A stretch of 64,000 nucleotides of DNA from Phoronis australis (Eukaryota > Animalia > Phoronida): assembly GCA_002633005.1 (NCBI GenBank), contig NMRA01000050.1:929820-993819 (forward strand). The letters run 5' to 3'. Position 1 is the stretch's first letter; each line of letters starts with the position of its first letter. Below are positions 22,117 through 33,318 of this stretch, in pieces. Made by a program: the position numbers and the translations under genes. The notes under the pieces are model-generated. The model worked only from the letters and a program-made list of their open reading frames with translations, ran no database searches and had not been told where the DNA came from.

Positions 22117-24397
22117 CCCTTACAAAAATGAACTTAAGTTTTCATCGAAAAACTTAAGTTTTTGGTCTGAAAAACTTAAGTTTTCATTCCCGAAAACTTA
22201 AGTTTTTGGAGAAAACTTAAGTATTTTGGAACAAGTTTTTTGGAACGAACTTAAGTTTTCATAACTTAAGTTTTCAAAAACTTAAGTTTTTCAAGTTCTG
22301 AAAACTTAAGTTTTTCAAAAACTTAAGATCTGAAAACTTAAGTTTTTGAAAAACTTAAGTTTTGGAAGAAGTTTTTAGTAACAAACATAAGTCATCAAAA
22401 CTTAAGCTTTTGAAAACTAAGTTTTCCAAACATAAGTTTTCAAGGAACTAACTTTTGAAAACTGAAGTTTTCTAAAAGAAATAAGTTTCAATAGGACAGA
22501 CATTCAAAAATTTCGACTTTCACTAAAACAAGAGTGGAGCACAGTAACAAATTTAATGATTCTCATAAAGATTTAACAAACTAGACTTCTATTAAAACTT
22601 CATTAACAGTGATTAATTGCAGAAAATAAAATGCACTTCCTAAAATACACTAGTTCCTTAAAATAAGTGAACATAAGTGAAATATCAAAATCTTAAAAAC
22701 CAGAAACATTTCAAAAATCAGTTCATCAAGTGTCATGCATACAATGCAGTGAAAACTAAATGAGGCTAATTATATATTCATTATTTGCATCGTTCTCAGT
22801 CTATGACAATTATGCGATAACTGAGGGAGCAAAATGAAATGTACAGAGAAATCACTACCAAATCATGAAACACAACCAAAGAAAATGTGATTACATAGCC
22901 AGGAAGGACTACAACAACAGTCTACGTTTCAACAGCAGACTTTTTCAACTAAAATTACAGCAATGACACCAAGAATAACAAATCACTTAATATGCAAAAT
23001 CCAAGAATATCCGCAGACACAAAAGCATAACATAAAACGTAACAGGTAACTAAAAGTTTATCGACAATGGCCACAGGTCTGATTTTGGGAGGTACAATCC
23101 TTATGCTAGAAATAGTGCCTAGAATCACCTATTATTGTTTGCAACCTTAAAAATATCAATTTAAAAGTCAAAGTTTCGTTTTGTTGACAATCATAGCAGT
23201 AAATCCAATACACTCCATGGTGCGTACAAGTTTCATTAAAAGTAACCCTAAGTACAACCTGGTTATATGAGATGGAAATTAGAAAACTTAGACCTTTGAC
23301 CACAAAAATATTCTTTTTCCATTAACTTAAAGCTACTGAACTTCATACACATATAGGGTCTTTCATACTAACATCGACGCGTCAGCTTTTTGGGAGTTAA
23401 TGTCAGTATGAATGGTTAAACTTTGGTCCTGGAAGGAAGTGAACAGCGCCAGTTAACTTCGCACTAAACAGGTGGATTTAATTGCTTAGCGTCAACGCTG
23501 CCACGCAGTATAAATGATCAACTTCAGTCCTATCGAAGTTATTGCCAGGGTCCACTGTTATCATTAACAATTGCATAGTAGTGTGATGGCTAATAGTTGC
23601 TTATACCTTGCTATGATAATCACCAATCAATTTAAAAATAAGTTTTATGTCAATTAACACATGTAAATGTCCCAAGTTGTCACATCTTAGCGTGCAGTGC
23701 TACTTTGCGATACCTTTGATCACGACAGCGTCACCTACTGTTTACTTCATTAACTACCGAAGCCAGAACGAACAGTCCAGTTAACGTCGCAGTGTACGCC
23801 GATGCTACGCTCAGACAAGAGTTAAGTCGATGTTAAAGGCCCCTATGGTAGACCTAAAGCCACTTAATCTTCTTTAGCTGGATCTGCTCGCTTAGCTTCA
23901 CAGACAAATAATCCATGTTTTGTGACTACAAACGCGCGTTTCTGAGCTCAGATAACTGAATTCATAGGTTCATGAGCTGCAGTTCGTATCCAACGATTGT
24001 TGAATACACACTCTGCAATAAAGACAAAAAATGTTAATAACAGACGGGTAAAAGCTATCAGTATAAGACAACTTAACTTGGTGGATATTTATCGTGCTGT
24101 TTATACAACACTGATTTGTAAAACTTCCTGACTTATATACAGAGCCTAGAAAATAGTCTTCTAACTCAAAATTTAACCAATCACTCTCCAGGATTCAAGT
24201 GCAAGACTAGTCTGCAAGTTTACTTCAAGCATGCACTGCAGTAGGTCAGTTTTCCACATACTGTTTTGAATGAAGTTTTAATCCTGGATTCGCGACATTC
24301 AAAATAATTTTATTCTATACAACTTGAATGCAAGAATAAGTTTTTTCGCCAAAAACTTAAGTTTTCAGCGAAAAACTTAAGTTCATTTTTGTAAGGG
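22117..24397. mobile_element. Non-autonomous EnSpm/CMC-like element (CCC...GGG ends, 2-bp TT TSD) with palindromic AAAACTTAAGTTTT subterminal array
   Basis: TT|CCCTTACAAAAATGAACTTAAGTTTT...AAAACTTAAGTTCATTTTTGTAAGGG|TT; uninterrupted target CTAGCATTAGTTCGTCG visible in the next 52-bp repeat unit. Confidence 0.8.
23354..23845. mobile_element. Decayed MITE nested in the EnSpm-like element
   Basis: ATAGGGTCTTTCATACTAACATCGAC vs GTCGATGTTAAAGGCCCCTAT imperfect inverted ends. Confidence 0.45.
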
Positions 24398-24525
24398 TTA
24401 GTTCGTCGAATTGCGCATGAATCATAGCGGAGCTGACCAGCGACTAGCATTAGTTCGTCGAATTAAGCATGAATCATAGCGGAGCTGACCAGCGACTAGC
24501 ATTAATTTCGTCGAATTGCGCATGC
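24398..24525. repeat. 52-bp tandem repeat (GAATCATAGCGGAGCTGACCAGCGACTAGCATTAGTTCGTCGAATTGCGCAT); first unit starts at 22082 and is split by the EnSpm-like insertion
   Basis: Units start at 24419 and 24471; 22082-22116 plus 24398-24418 reconstitute a third unit. Confidence 0.85.
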
Positions 24526-25649
24526 ATGGATCAGAATTCCCGGCGACTAGGACGCCACGACACCGGCCACCGTGGGGGGATCAGCTAATTTCTTGACTAA
24601 CACCTGCTTCTAAATCTGGATTTAAGCAAAATGACAAAAGTCCACGCTTACACACATGCAAGCGTATCCAAATACAATTAAATGTATTTTCATGTGAAAC
24701 CATTCAATGTTCTTTGAACACTGACTTGTGTGAGTTCGTAATTTTCTTACATCTGCGCAATCAGGTACTGAGAACTGCGTTTCAAGTCATTCACTATAGG
24801 CACCTGAGGGTTGAAATTGGAAGTTCGCGTCGTATGACGTTGTATGACGTCATATGACGTAGGAGATGCGAGCCTCATTTGCATATATTAGTGACATCTG
24901 TTGGTTCAAAAAAGAGGCTCATGCCCGAGTACATGCCTGGGAAGAGGCATCTTCTGGAAGGGTAAAGCATGTCACGTTCAAAGCATCCCAGTGCCAGTAA
25001 TATGCGGTCTTTGGGCGGACCAAAGTGGTGTCACTTTATAGCTAAAGAGTTAAGCTTTCAAACACAATGCTTGGATTCCAGACGACTTTAACATTTACTT
25101 TTGAAATCACTTTTGAAAACACGTTAAAATGCGCTAAAGCAGTTGTCCCTTCCTGGTTATCTCTTCCTGATAGTACCTAGCAATCCCAGCAACACAGAAA
25201 AATGTGGACGAACAGACGTTGTCACGTGTCGTTTGTTTTGACGACTACACTCACCAGCCATGCAGCGCGTGACCCGCGGTCCGCCATATTGATGGTGGCC
25301 TTATGGAATAAAATTTGAAATTTTAAATACTAACGAGGTTTTAAAATATTGATTACATAAAACAGTGTATACGTGTGACCCACGTATTACTTAAATGGTC
25401 ATACAAGCCATTGCAAAGATAAAATTTCTAATGCTTCCAGTCGACTGAAATTCTCCAGACGTGCTGCTATGGCCTGTGGCTGAATCGAAAACAAAACCAC
25501 TGAACATGCGCGCCCCCAGGGGGGACTCGAACGACCCACCATTTGGTGAAGTGGGCGAAAAAGTCCACCCCCGGAGACAAAAAGTCGGAGAAAATGGGAC
25601 AAAAGTCCACTAAACAATCGCAAACGCGCACTGTACGTTCAGTTCTTAA

Positions 25650-28122
25650 AGGAGCATGCCTCACAAAAAACCTAATTTGTATCCAGTGGCGGATCTAGGA
25701 TATCACAAGGGGGGGCCCAACATTTTGTCCGGCTGCAAGCATTTGCGCAAACTGAAAGATTGTAGATGCACATAGCACCGAATGGGGGGAGGTCGGGAGG
25801 GGGGTTTGCCCCCCTCCCGCCCAGGAAATTTTTCTGTTTTTACCTCTAAAAATCAAGCATTTTCGTTGATTCCTGATATATTATCCAAGAAAAAAAAGGC
25901 AAAAAAACGGAGAACGTATCAGACAGGAAAAACTGCAAGTACCAAAGACTCGAACTCACAATCTGGCGGATAGAGCGCGCGTGCGTTACCACTACACCAC
26001 CACGACTTCACCACTGATTTCATATTAAAAGACCTACTTGTTTATGGTCCACAGCGTTTGCGCGCGAAACCTACTTCTTTTTGTAATGCTTGTGACACGT
26101 TTTATATTTTGTGCCATCAATTCTTAACAAATTTGTCGTATTTGAAAATGCCCAATAGACCAAATCCATTTTTCATGTTGGCAATAATGACGGGATTGCT
26201 TTGGAAATCGTCTTAAGATAAGGTTTGACAAAGAGAGTTTCTGAGTGATTCACTAAGGCTTGGATTAAAATTCACATCTTACCAGCAGCTTCTGTTTTTT
26301 CATCGTCATTCAAACATTTTCTTTAAAATTGAAGTAAATTTTCTTCATTGCACAGTGGAGCAGACGACGNCTAAAACTGCACACATTTAAATCTTTTTTT
26401 CATCCGTATAATTTTAATTACGGGGGATAATTAATAAACTCACCATTTCCCTACGCTCTTACTGTTTTATTTTTTTTTCCAGCAGCCAAGGTATCAGTTT
26501 AGATCGAGTAGTTCTACTCCATAACGACATGTACGGTTGCGTTATCTGACACCTGACGGCAGACGGAGGTGTTGAAAGTATCCAATGACGTCATGGGCTT
26601 CACACGCAGTCTGTTCAGCAGTTCACAACACGGGTTACTGGTGTCAGTTATCGCTTGAAGTCATCGTTTAACACCAATAAATCATCAAACTTCGATGTAA
26701 AACCCTTGAAAATACACCGAGTTCTTATAAAAACGTGCTGTTTCATTTCGCTCTAACGACCGTATTTGGACACACCCGGTAGCCTACAAAGTTCGGCAGG
26801 CCAATAAGGTTCCTAGCACTGAGGAGTTTGGGGTCTGTTCCGAGATAATTTCGAAGTAGTTTCCGTGAGATACAGGCAGGAGAACCTAGATCTGTGTTGT
26901 TTCGACTTGTGATTTTTGAGTTCGGAGCCCGATCACCTGGCCCGTCGCGGCCGGCCGCATTGACTCCGCCGTTATCCCGGCCAGTGGCCCGGAAACTGAA
27001 CAAACATCAAGAACACAAAACCAGCCAAAGTTCAGTGGAAACTTAACTTCCAGTCAAGAAAATACGTATACTAGTGAGCCAAAGTAATGTGCACGTGATT
27101 ATGTTGGTGAATTAGCCACGAAACTGCAAATCTACTTACTCGACGGGGGCTGCGAATTCAGGTTCCGCTTTGGCCACAGCACCGTCAGGGCAGAAGTTGT
27201 ACATTATTGACAATCATTATTTGAGTAATGAATATAAATAAAGATTCTCCTAACACCTGGCCCTGTGATGGAAATCGAGTTGTTTCACAGCAGTTCCTGC
27301 CAGAAAACACTAAATTAGCATGAGCTCACGGCCTCGGTGTCCCGTCAATTAGTTTTATTGCACCTAGTAAAGCCGGTAACGCAGTGATTTTTTCATTGCT
27401 GGATTCTCAAATCATTTGCACTCACGAACACTCCAAGCTAGGGCATTACAAACTGCATCTAATGAGACGGACTTAGTTTCAGTTTTATATAAGTACAGTA
27501 TTGGTTAGGATGAGAATAATTCATTTTGAAACAGGGGAACACTCGGTAATAAACGCCAACATGGCAACTCGCAATCCCGACTTGGGACGAGTTAGTGTTC
27601 ATCAGTCCCGACCTCGCCGGTGGATCGTTAAGTTTTACAGGCTATCAATTCGAACAGGAATACAGTGGTGAAGAAATACTAGAGAGGTGCCGTGAACAAG
27701 CTCAGACAACGGAACGTATGGAGTTATTTGATAGCCGGCATTTGTCAGGCACTGTCCGTGTCTGCAGGCCACAGACACGGAGATGTTTCACGGCCTCATA
27801 CTTGCTATTTACAGCGTACATTTCATTCTTCACCACCATGAGCCACTTCCTAGCCATTTTGAACTCTCGAGGAAGTAAAAGAAAAACGATATACCCGCTT
27901 TCCTTGCAGCTGCTTAGTTCGGACAAGCGGGAACGATGCACCGCAACATAGCGGCATTCACTCTGTATATGAACCACTGACGTCGCTAGAGTCGTTTCTC
28001 ATCTTCCTCACAGGTTAACGCGACACCTCTTGGCAAGGTAAGGTCGACCGTATGCGAGGCGATGTGGATATAGACCGATTAAGACGGCAAAAAAGACTAA
28101 TTAAATCGGGTGGCATTCTCCT
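25650..28122 (-). mobile_element. Kolobok-like element (TTAA TSD, AGGAG ends) with decayed THAP-domain coding remnant
   Basis: TTAA|AGGAGCATGCC...GGCATTCTCCT|TTAA; minus strand from 27949 reads MLRCIVPACPN*AAARKAGISFF/..LPREFKMARKWLMVVKNEMYAVNSKYEAVKHLRVCGL; contains single N at 26370. Confidence 0.7.
25941..26002 (-). other. tRNA-derived (SINE-head-like) segment with Pol III A/B-box-like motifs; not an intact tRNA
   Basis: Reverse complement GTGGTGTAGTGGTAACGC...GTGAGTTCGAGTC; cloverleaf incomplete. Confidence 0.5.
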
Positions 28123-28126
28123 TTAA

Positions 28127-28678
28127 AGGTGATATGGTGGGCTTTCGGAGCCTAGCCTTACCTCTAATTTAACCACTACACCATTAGCTGCTACTGAAAT
28201 GTAAAAAGTTTAGAAAATGGTATTGTGCAGCAGCGTGATTAACATTTTTCGTCATTATAATTGTATAGTACCTATTTTTCAGTTGTTTACAAATCGACAA
28301 GGCGACCAGCTGTCAATTACAGGGAGCCGCTCTCCGGCACGCCATTACATCACTGCATTACCGTAGTTTTTAGTATGGATCGAACAATTCATCGACCCGA
28401 CGCCACTTGAATTATTCGAACAAAAAATTTGAGGCATATGTGTTCGTGTGAAACACTTGAACATTAAGTAGAAAAAATAATAGAAATCCTTGGAAATCGA
28501 TCAGCATACAAACAGCATGCGTGCATGTAAAGTCGTGTCATTATGCAACAAGTGGCCAATGGAACAGTACATGTTTGTGTACATGTGCTTATTCGGAGTT
28601 GAGGGCACAGGCGAGTTAGAATAAAGGTTGGGAGAAAAATTTTGCAAAACGATATATTTTCAGAAACTGATATTCACA
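28127..28678. mobile_element. Second Kolobok-like MITE between two TTAA sites
   Basis: Begins TTAA|AGGTGATAT, ends ATATTCACA|TTAA; degenerate TIR. Confidence 0.45.
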
Positions 28679-28682
28679 TTAA

Positions 28683-29013
28683 AGGAGAATGTCACCCGAT
28701 TTAATTAGTCTTTTTACCGTCTTAATCGGTCTACATCCACATCTCCTCTTACGGTCGACCCCGCCTTGCCGAGAGGTGTCGCGTTAACCCGTGAGGAAGC
28801 TGAGAAACGCGCAGCGACGTCAGTGATTTGTCTGCAGAGTGAATGCCGGTATATTGCAGTGCATCGTTTCTGCTTGTCCGAACTATGAAGCTGCTAAGAA
28901 AGCGGGTATATCCTTTTTTCGATGTCCTCGAGAGCCCGAAATGCTTAGGAAGTGGTTCGCTGTAGTGAAGAATGAAAGGTACGCTGTTAATAGCAAGTAT
29001 TAGGCCGTGAAAC
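28683..29013 (+). mobile_element. Third Kolobok-like element (5' part) with THAP remnant; inverted copy of 27785-28122
   Basis: TTAA|AGGAGAATGTCACCCGA; 28851-29013 reads ILQCIVSACPNYEAAKKAGISFFRCPREPEMLRKWFAVVKNERYAVNSKY*AVKQ. Confidence 0.7.
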
Positions 29014-30594
29014 AGTGCTTTTTTCAGCCAATAATTTCTGTACGGTTCAATGTTCTTTGCTCAGGGGAAACGCTTTTTAGTGTTCTTTGCTCACGTAGAA
29101 CGAACCTTTTATTTTTAATCTTGCTTAAGGAGTACGTTTCAGTCATTCGATCAGCTGAGAGTTCTTGGAAGAGTGAAGGGTGTCTTCCGTTGTACCGATG
29201 TATATGTACTGAAACAGAAGACAAGTTATTGCAAGTGCAACTTGCATTTTCATCATGATGGCGCAGTCATTGAACTGTTCGCTGCTTACAAAGCTCGCAA
29301 AGTGACACAAAATACTTTGAAAACCTTTAATAGGCCTATCAAAAATATTTTTCGAACAATGAATACTACTTCACACTCTAGGAAAACGGAGATCCACATT
29401 GTGTGTATTATGTTGGTTATTAAACTGTATGCCCTCATTCTGTGGCTCCAGTTGCGCTGACACATTGGCAAAGAGAAGACGCCGCTGGTTCTAAACTAAA
29501 AGACACTACTATATACTGTATACAAGCAAATCGGTACAGACTGCACTTACACACTAAATGGGAAGCAAGGTATTGGAGGAGCGATTAGTTCACATTCAAG
29601 AATGCTGTTATTTGGTTTATTCCTCTCGACAAAAAACAAACTTTCTAAATTCAGGACATGTAAACGCGCTCTATAAAAATCCATGCTCTCAACACGATTT
29701 GTGACATATGATGCGTCAACTCTGAAAAGATGCGGAATGGATAGAATTACATATTACGACATATGCAAAGGTTGGTCACGCAGTGAGGTGTCCGACTCTT
29801 GCCAGTGATAACATGCAAATTGTAAGTAAGTTAATTCAACGCCGCATTTCGCCTTCAGTTGCTTAGCTACTAAACACGAAAATCGAAGTACAACTTATCC
29901 CATAACAATGGTGACATAATATTCCTGATAGTCATAAGACTCCATGTCCGTTACCAACTCCAGCCACAGGCAATGCATACTCTATATGCGCCATTTTCTA
30001 ATTTCAATATTTTGGGGGTTGGCTAAAATCACTAAAGTCTGCGTGCGTTCCCGGTGATTTCGATGTTCTCGTTGGTAAAAAGGGAAAAATCATATCACTA
30101 ACTGGTATACTACTAGACCTATTTACGAGAGAAACACTCCGTAACAACGCGATCAATGCTCCACTCCATGACGCAGTGAAGAATGGAAATTTTTCAGAAT
30201 CGATTAATTGGAAACCTTTCTTAATCGAGGCTCGATTCTTAATCGATTTTGAGTGATATCAGTATAAAAGAAGTGGCTAGGTCGTTCACTGTGATATTAT
30301 AAGCAACGAGACTGGACTAAAACACGGGTGTTCCGTTTCCCTAACAACCAATAGTGAAGTGCACTACCACACGAAGACATGCGTGCTGCAGAGGGGACTC
30401 CTTCTCATTACGTCAATATTAAATGTTCTTGGAGAGACCACAAAACAGATTTCACTGTCTTGAAATGGATTTCGATGTTTCCCTTTAGCGACGATGCTGG
30501 CGGCAAGTCGACCGCAGAATCGTTGCTACACTAGTATCAAGCTGAAATTCAATTCACTTCGGTAATAAAGGCAATGTTCTGTGTTACTAAGAAC

Positions 30595-32550
30595 TTAAAA
30601 CACCTGAAGGCGGTGATTTTCTCTATCGCTAACCACTATGGTGCCGTTACTGGTCAACGCAATACCCTCCAGTCCCTTCAACTGTCCATCGCCACTCCCC
30701 CAGCATCCAAAAGACGTGTGGAAACGGCCATCACTGCGAAACACCTGGATCCTATTGTTGCCGCTGTCTGCCACAATGATGAAACCTTGATGGTCAACAG
30801 CGATGCCGCGCGGATACTTCAGTTGACCGCTGCGAGTTCCCACGTGACCGAAAGTCAATTGGTGGCGGCCATACATGTCAAAAATCTGAATGCGATGGTT
30901 ACTGTTGTCGCTGACCAAAATCCTACGATCACTACTTACAGCCAGATAGTGAGGATTCTCGAACTGGCCATCTCGATTCCCTAAGGAGCCAAATTTCCTA
31001 ACGAATGTGCCGTCTAATTGAAACACCTGTACGCGATGATTGTCCTTATCACACACATAAATAAAGCCCATGTCATCACAGGACACTCCCCACGGATAGC
31101 TTAGCTGGCCATCACCCACACCTTCCTCCCCAAACTGTAACATATATTCGCCATAACGATCAAAGATCTGAATGCGGTGGTTGTAGCGGTCGGCGACTAT
31201 TATTTGGCCAAGATGATTAATCGCAATACCCGCGAGACAGTCAAACTCTCCGGGACCTTGCCCGTACGAACCAAACGACTTGATAAACAGGTAGTGGCAG
31301 TCAAAGAGTTGCACACGGTGATTGCTGCTGTCGGCTACAGCAATGCTGTCATTCACCGGAGACACAGCCACACCCCTCGGCCAGGTGAAACGTCCGTTTT
31401 CAGAACCTCTTGAACCCATCTTCTTTATTATCCTTCCTTTTTGGTGGTAGTTGTTCAAGGCTTGCTGAAGAACTATACTATCGCCCATACTGTATCGGAA
31501 TGTCACAGTGTTTGTATTGGTCAAGTTCGCTAGCTCATCGTCAATGCTGAAGTCACCCAATGTTTCGTTGAGTGCCACATCAAAACTGACACCATTTTGG
31601 GCAACACTTGGGTGAGAGACATCTGAATTCAAACTATTGGGGTCCCTCACAAATGTTCGATTTCTTGTTCCTGTTGCCACTGGTTGAGGGGTGGTTGCTA
31701 TATGCCCAGTAGTTGAGGCAGGCACATTCAGTAGTCCACCACCAATTCCATCACCACTGTTGTTGTTGTTATTAACGCTAGAACTACCCAAGCTACTATG
31801 AGATGCCTGACCACTATTTTCATCACCCGAAGTCAACTCCCTCCTAGATGTTCTTACAGACTGCGTAGGGACAGTGTTGTTAACAGGAAGAGGGTTGCGT
31901 CTTGCACCCGAGTTGGGAAAACTAACCATAAAGGTTTCAGGTGACCTGTACACCCCGGATTCACTGCTGGAAACAGGAGTAGCATAATGAATCAAGCCTG
32001 GACGCATGGCACTTCTGTAAGTTGGTGACCTGCTTGGCACAGACATGTTAGATTGCAGTGAAGGACTGTGGGATGTACTGGAGTTGCTCATAGCAGCGTC
32101 TAACTCGCCAAACCTAAAGATTGTAGAGTGTAAGGAAGGCGGGTCACATGAAAAGCGGATATTACGCGACTCCGCAAGCTGCCAAGAGCTCCCAAAGTTT
32201 TGGAGACTCTGCAAATGGTCACGGCACTGTTTGTTGAGCAACACTAGATCCTTGTCTGACGTTGCTTGATTCCTAGTGATAGCGCCCTCTGTTGAATCAC
32301 AGAAGCTGGAGATGCTGGCAAGCTCGACTTCAAAGTTCTCCTGATGCAGTCGAAGATGACGAAGTTCGCCCAGGGCGAATGAGTCGACTTCACTGTGCAG
32401 CAATTTCTCGCGATCCCTCAGCTCTTTTATTGCACGTTCAACAGCAGTTGTGATTTCTGACTTCACTTGATCATGGGACTGCTTCACGTGAATTATCTTC
32501 TGCTCAACATCGCGTATGGAGTCAGAAATTTTCGGCAAAGTTCTTCGCAC
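30595..32550 (-). CDS. nhl-1: TRIM-NHL coding exon 2 (coiled coil, S/N-rich linker, NHL propeller)
   Basis: 651-aa ORF beginning VRRTLPK right after tgtcag acceptor. Confidence 0.92.
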   Translation of the reverse strand: MRRTLPKISDSIRDVEQKIIHVKQSHDQVKSEITTAVERAIKELRDREKLLHSEVDSFALGELRHLRLHQENFEVELASISSFCDSTEGAITRNQATSDKDLVLLNKQCRDHLQSLQNFGSSWQLAESRNIRFSCDPPSLHSTIFRFGELDAAMSNSSTSHSPSLQSNMSVPSRSPTYRSAMRPGLIHYATPVSSSESGVYRSPETFMVSFPNSGARRNPLPVNNTVPTQSVRTSRRELTSGDENSGQASHSSLGSSSVNNNNNSGDGIGGGLLNVPASTTGHIATTPQPVATGTRNRTFVRDPNSLNSDVSHPSVAQNGVSFDVALNETLGDFSIDDELANLTNTNTVTFRYSMGDSIVLQQALNNYHQKGRIIKKMGSRGSENGRFTWPRGVAVSPVNDSIAVADSSNHRVQLFDCHYLFIKSFGSYGQGPGEFDCLAGIAINHLGQIIVADRYNHRIQIFDRYGEYMLQFGEEGVGDGQLSYPWGVSCDDMGFIYVCDKDNHRVQVFQLDGTFVRKFGSLGNRDGQFENPHYLAVSSDRRILVSDNSNHRIQIFDMYGRHQLTFGHVGTRSGQLKYPRGIAVDHQGFIIVADSGNNRIQVFRSDGRFHTSFGCWGSGDGQLKGLEGIALTSNGTIVVSDRENHRLQVF

Positions 32551-33318
32551 CTGACAGAAAAGGTTAGCTTAGATTATTATTTGAACATTAGACTAGATTA
32601 AACTCAACTATTGATATTATTTCTTTCCAAGAAACACACAAGAAAGTGTGAAACGGTGTACTATAAATAATTTTGTTCTTCCAAAGAAAAGGAAGTCATT
32701 ATGTGGTAAGAAATGGGAACTGTTAGTGCACCACATATCAGTTTTAACTCACTGTTAAAAAATTCATATTTAATTGCAGCAATCCCGTAAAAATAAGTTA
32801 ATTATACCGAAGGGGTAAAAAGTGTGCCCACGGGTTAAAAATAGAGTTCTTCTTGCTATTGTTAAGAATTGGCCTACCTGGTTTACGGATTTGCCAATGT
32901 CATGTTTCATTTGGTCACAATGGGTCTTCTTGCAATCGCCACACAAGAACTTGCTGCAGTGTCGACATCGTCCAAGGTCACCTTGCTGGTCACATATCTG
33001 ACATTTATCCACAGTGGCTCCACCCTCGGATGAGCAACCAACAGCGCCTCCTTGTGTCTGTAGATCAAGAAAGCTCTGGATGGTTCTGTTGACGGGATAT
33101 CCAAGCACACCATCAAGTGGAATAAAGCTCTCCATTCGACATTCCGGGCACTTCATGAACTCAACATTCTCTGCTAAGCGAGCCAGACATGGTGTTGTGC
33201 AGAAAGTATGTTGGCATGGTAACAACCGAGGGTTGGTAAGGCGATCTAGACAGACAGGACAGCGTAAGAGCTGCTCAATATCTTGTGCCGCATACATGGT
33301 GGCATCTCCTTCAGACAT
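30595..33318 (-). CDS. nhl-1: TRIM-NHL E3 ubiquitin ligase (RING, B-box, coiled coil, 6 NHL repeats), nhl-1/abba(thin)-like, 798 aa; complement(join(30595-32550,32878-33318))
   Basis: C3HC4 RING CPVCLDRL..LPCQHTFC..C..CPEC, B-box-like CQIC..CRHC..C..C..H, coiled coil, NHL repeats FTWPRGVAV..VADSSNHRVQLF; phase-0 GT-AG intron 32551-32877; 5'UTR acceptor at 33382-33383. Confidence 0.9.
32878..33318 (-). CDS. nhl-1: TRIM-NHL coding exon 1 (RING + B-box)
   Basis: MSEGDATMYAAQDIEQLLRCPVCLDRL...IGKSVNQ|gtagg; start Met choice inferred from upstream acceptor. Confidence 0.88.

Larger units (their letters stand above)
18258..25169. mobile_element. ~6.9-kb TIR element with perfect 29-bp TIRs and 7-bp TSD (P/Galileo-like), spanning the N gap and carrying nested insertions
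   Basis: ATAGTAC|CAGGAAGAGATAACCAGGAAGGGACAACT...AGTTGTCCCTTCCTGGTTATCTCTTCCTG|ATAGTAC. Confidence 0.8.

Noticed and set aside
25941-26002. Functional tRNA gene
   Set aside because: A/B-box-like motifs only; acceptor and anticodon stems do not form; embedded in a repeat
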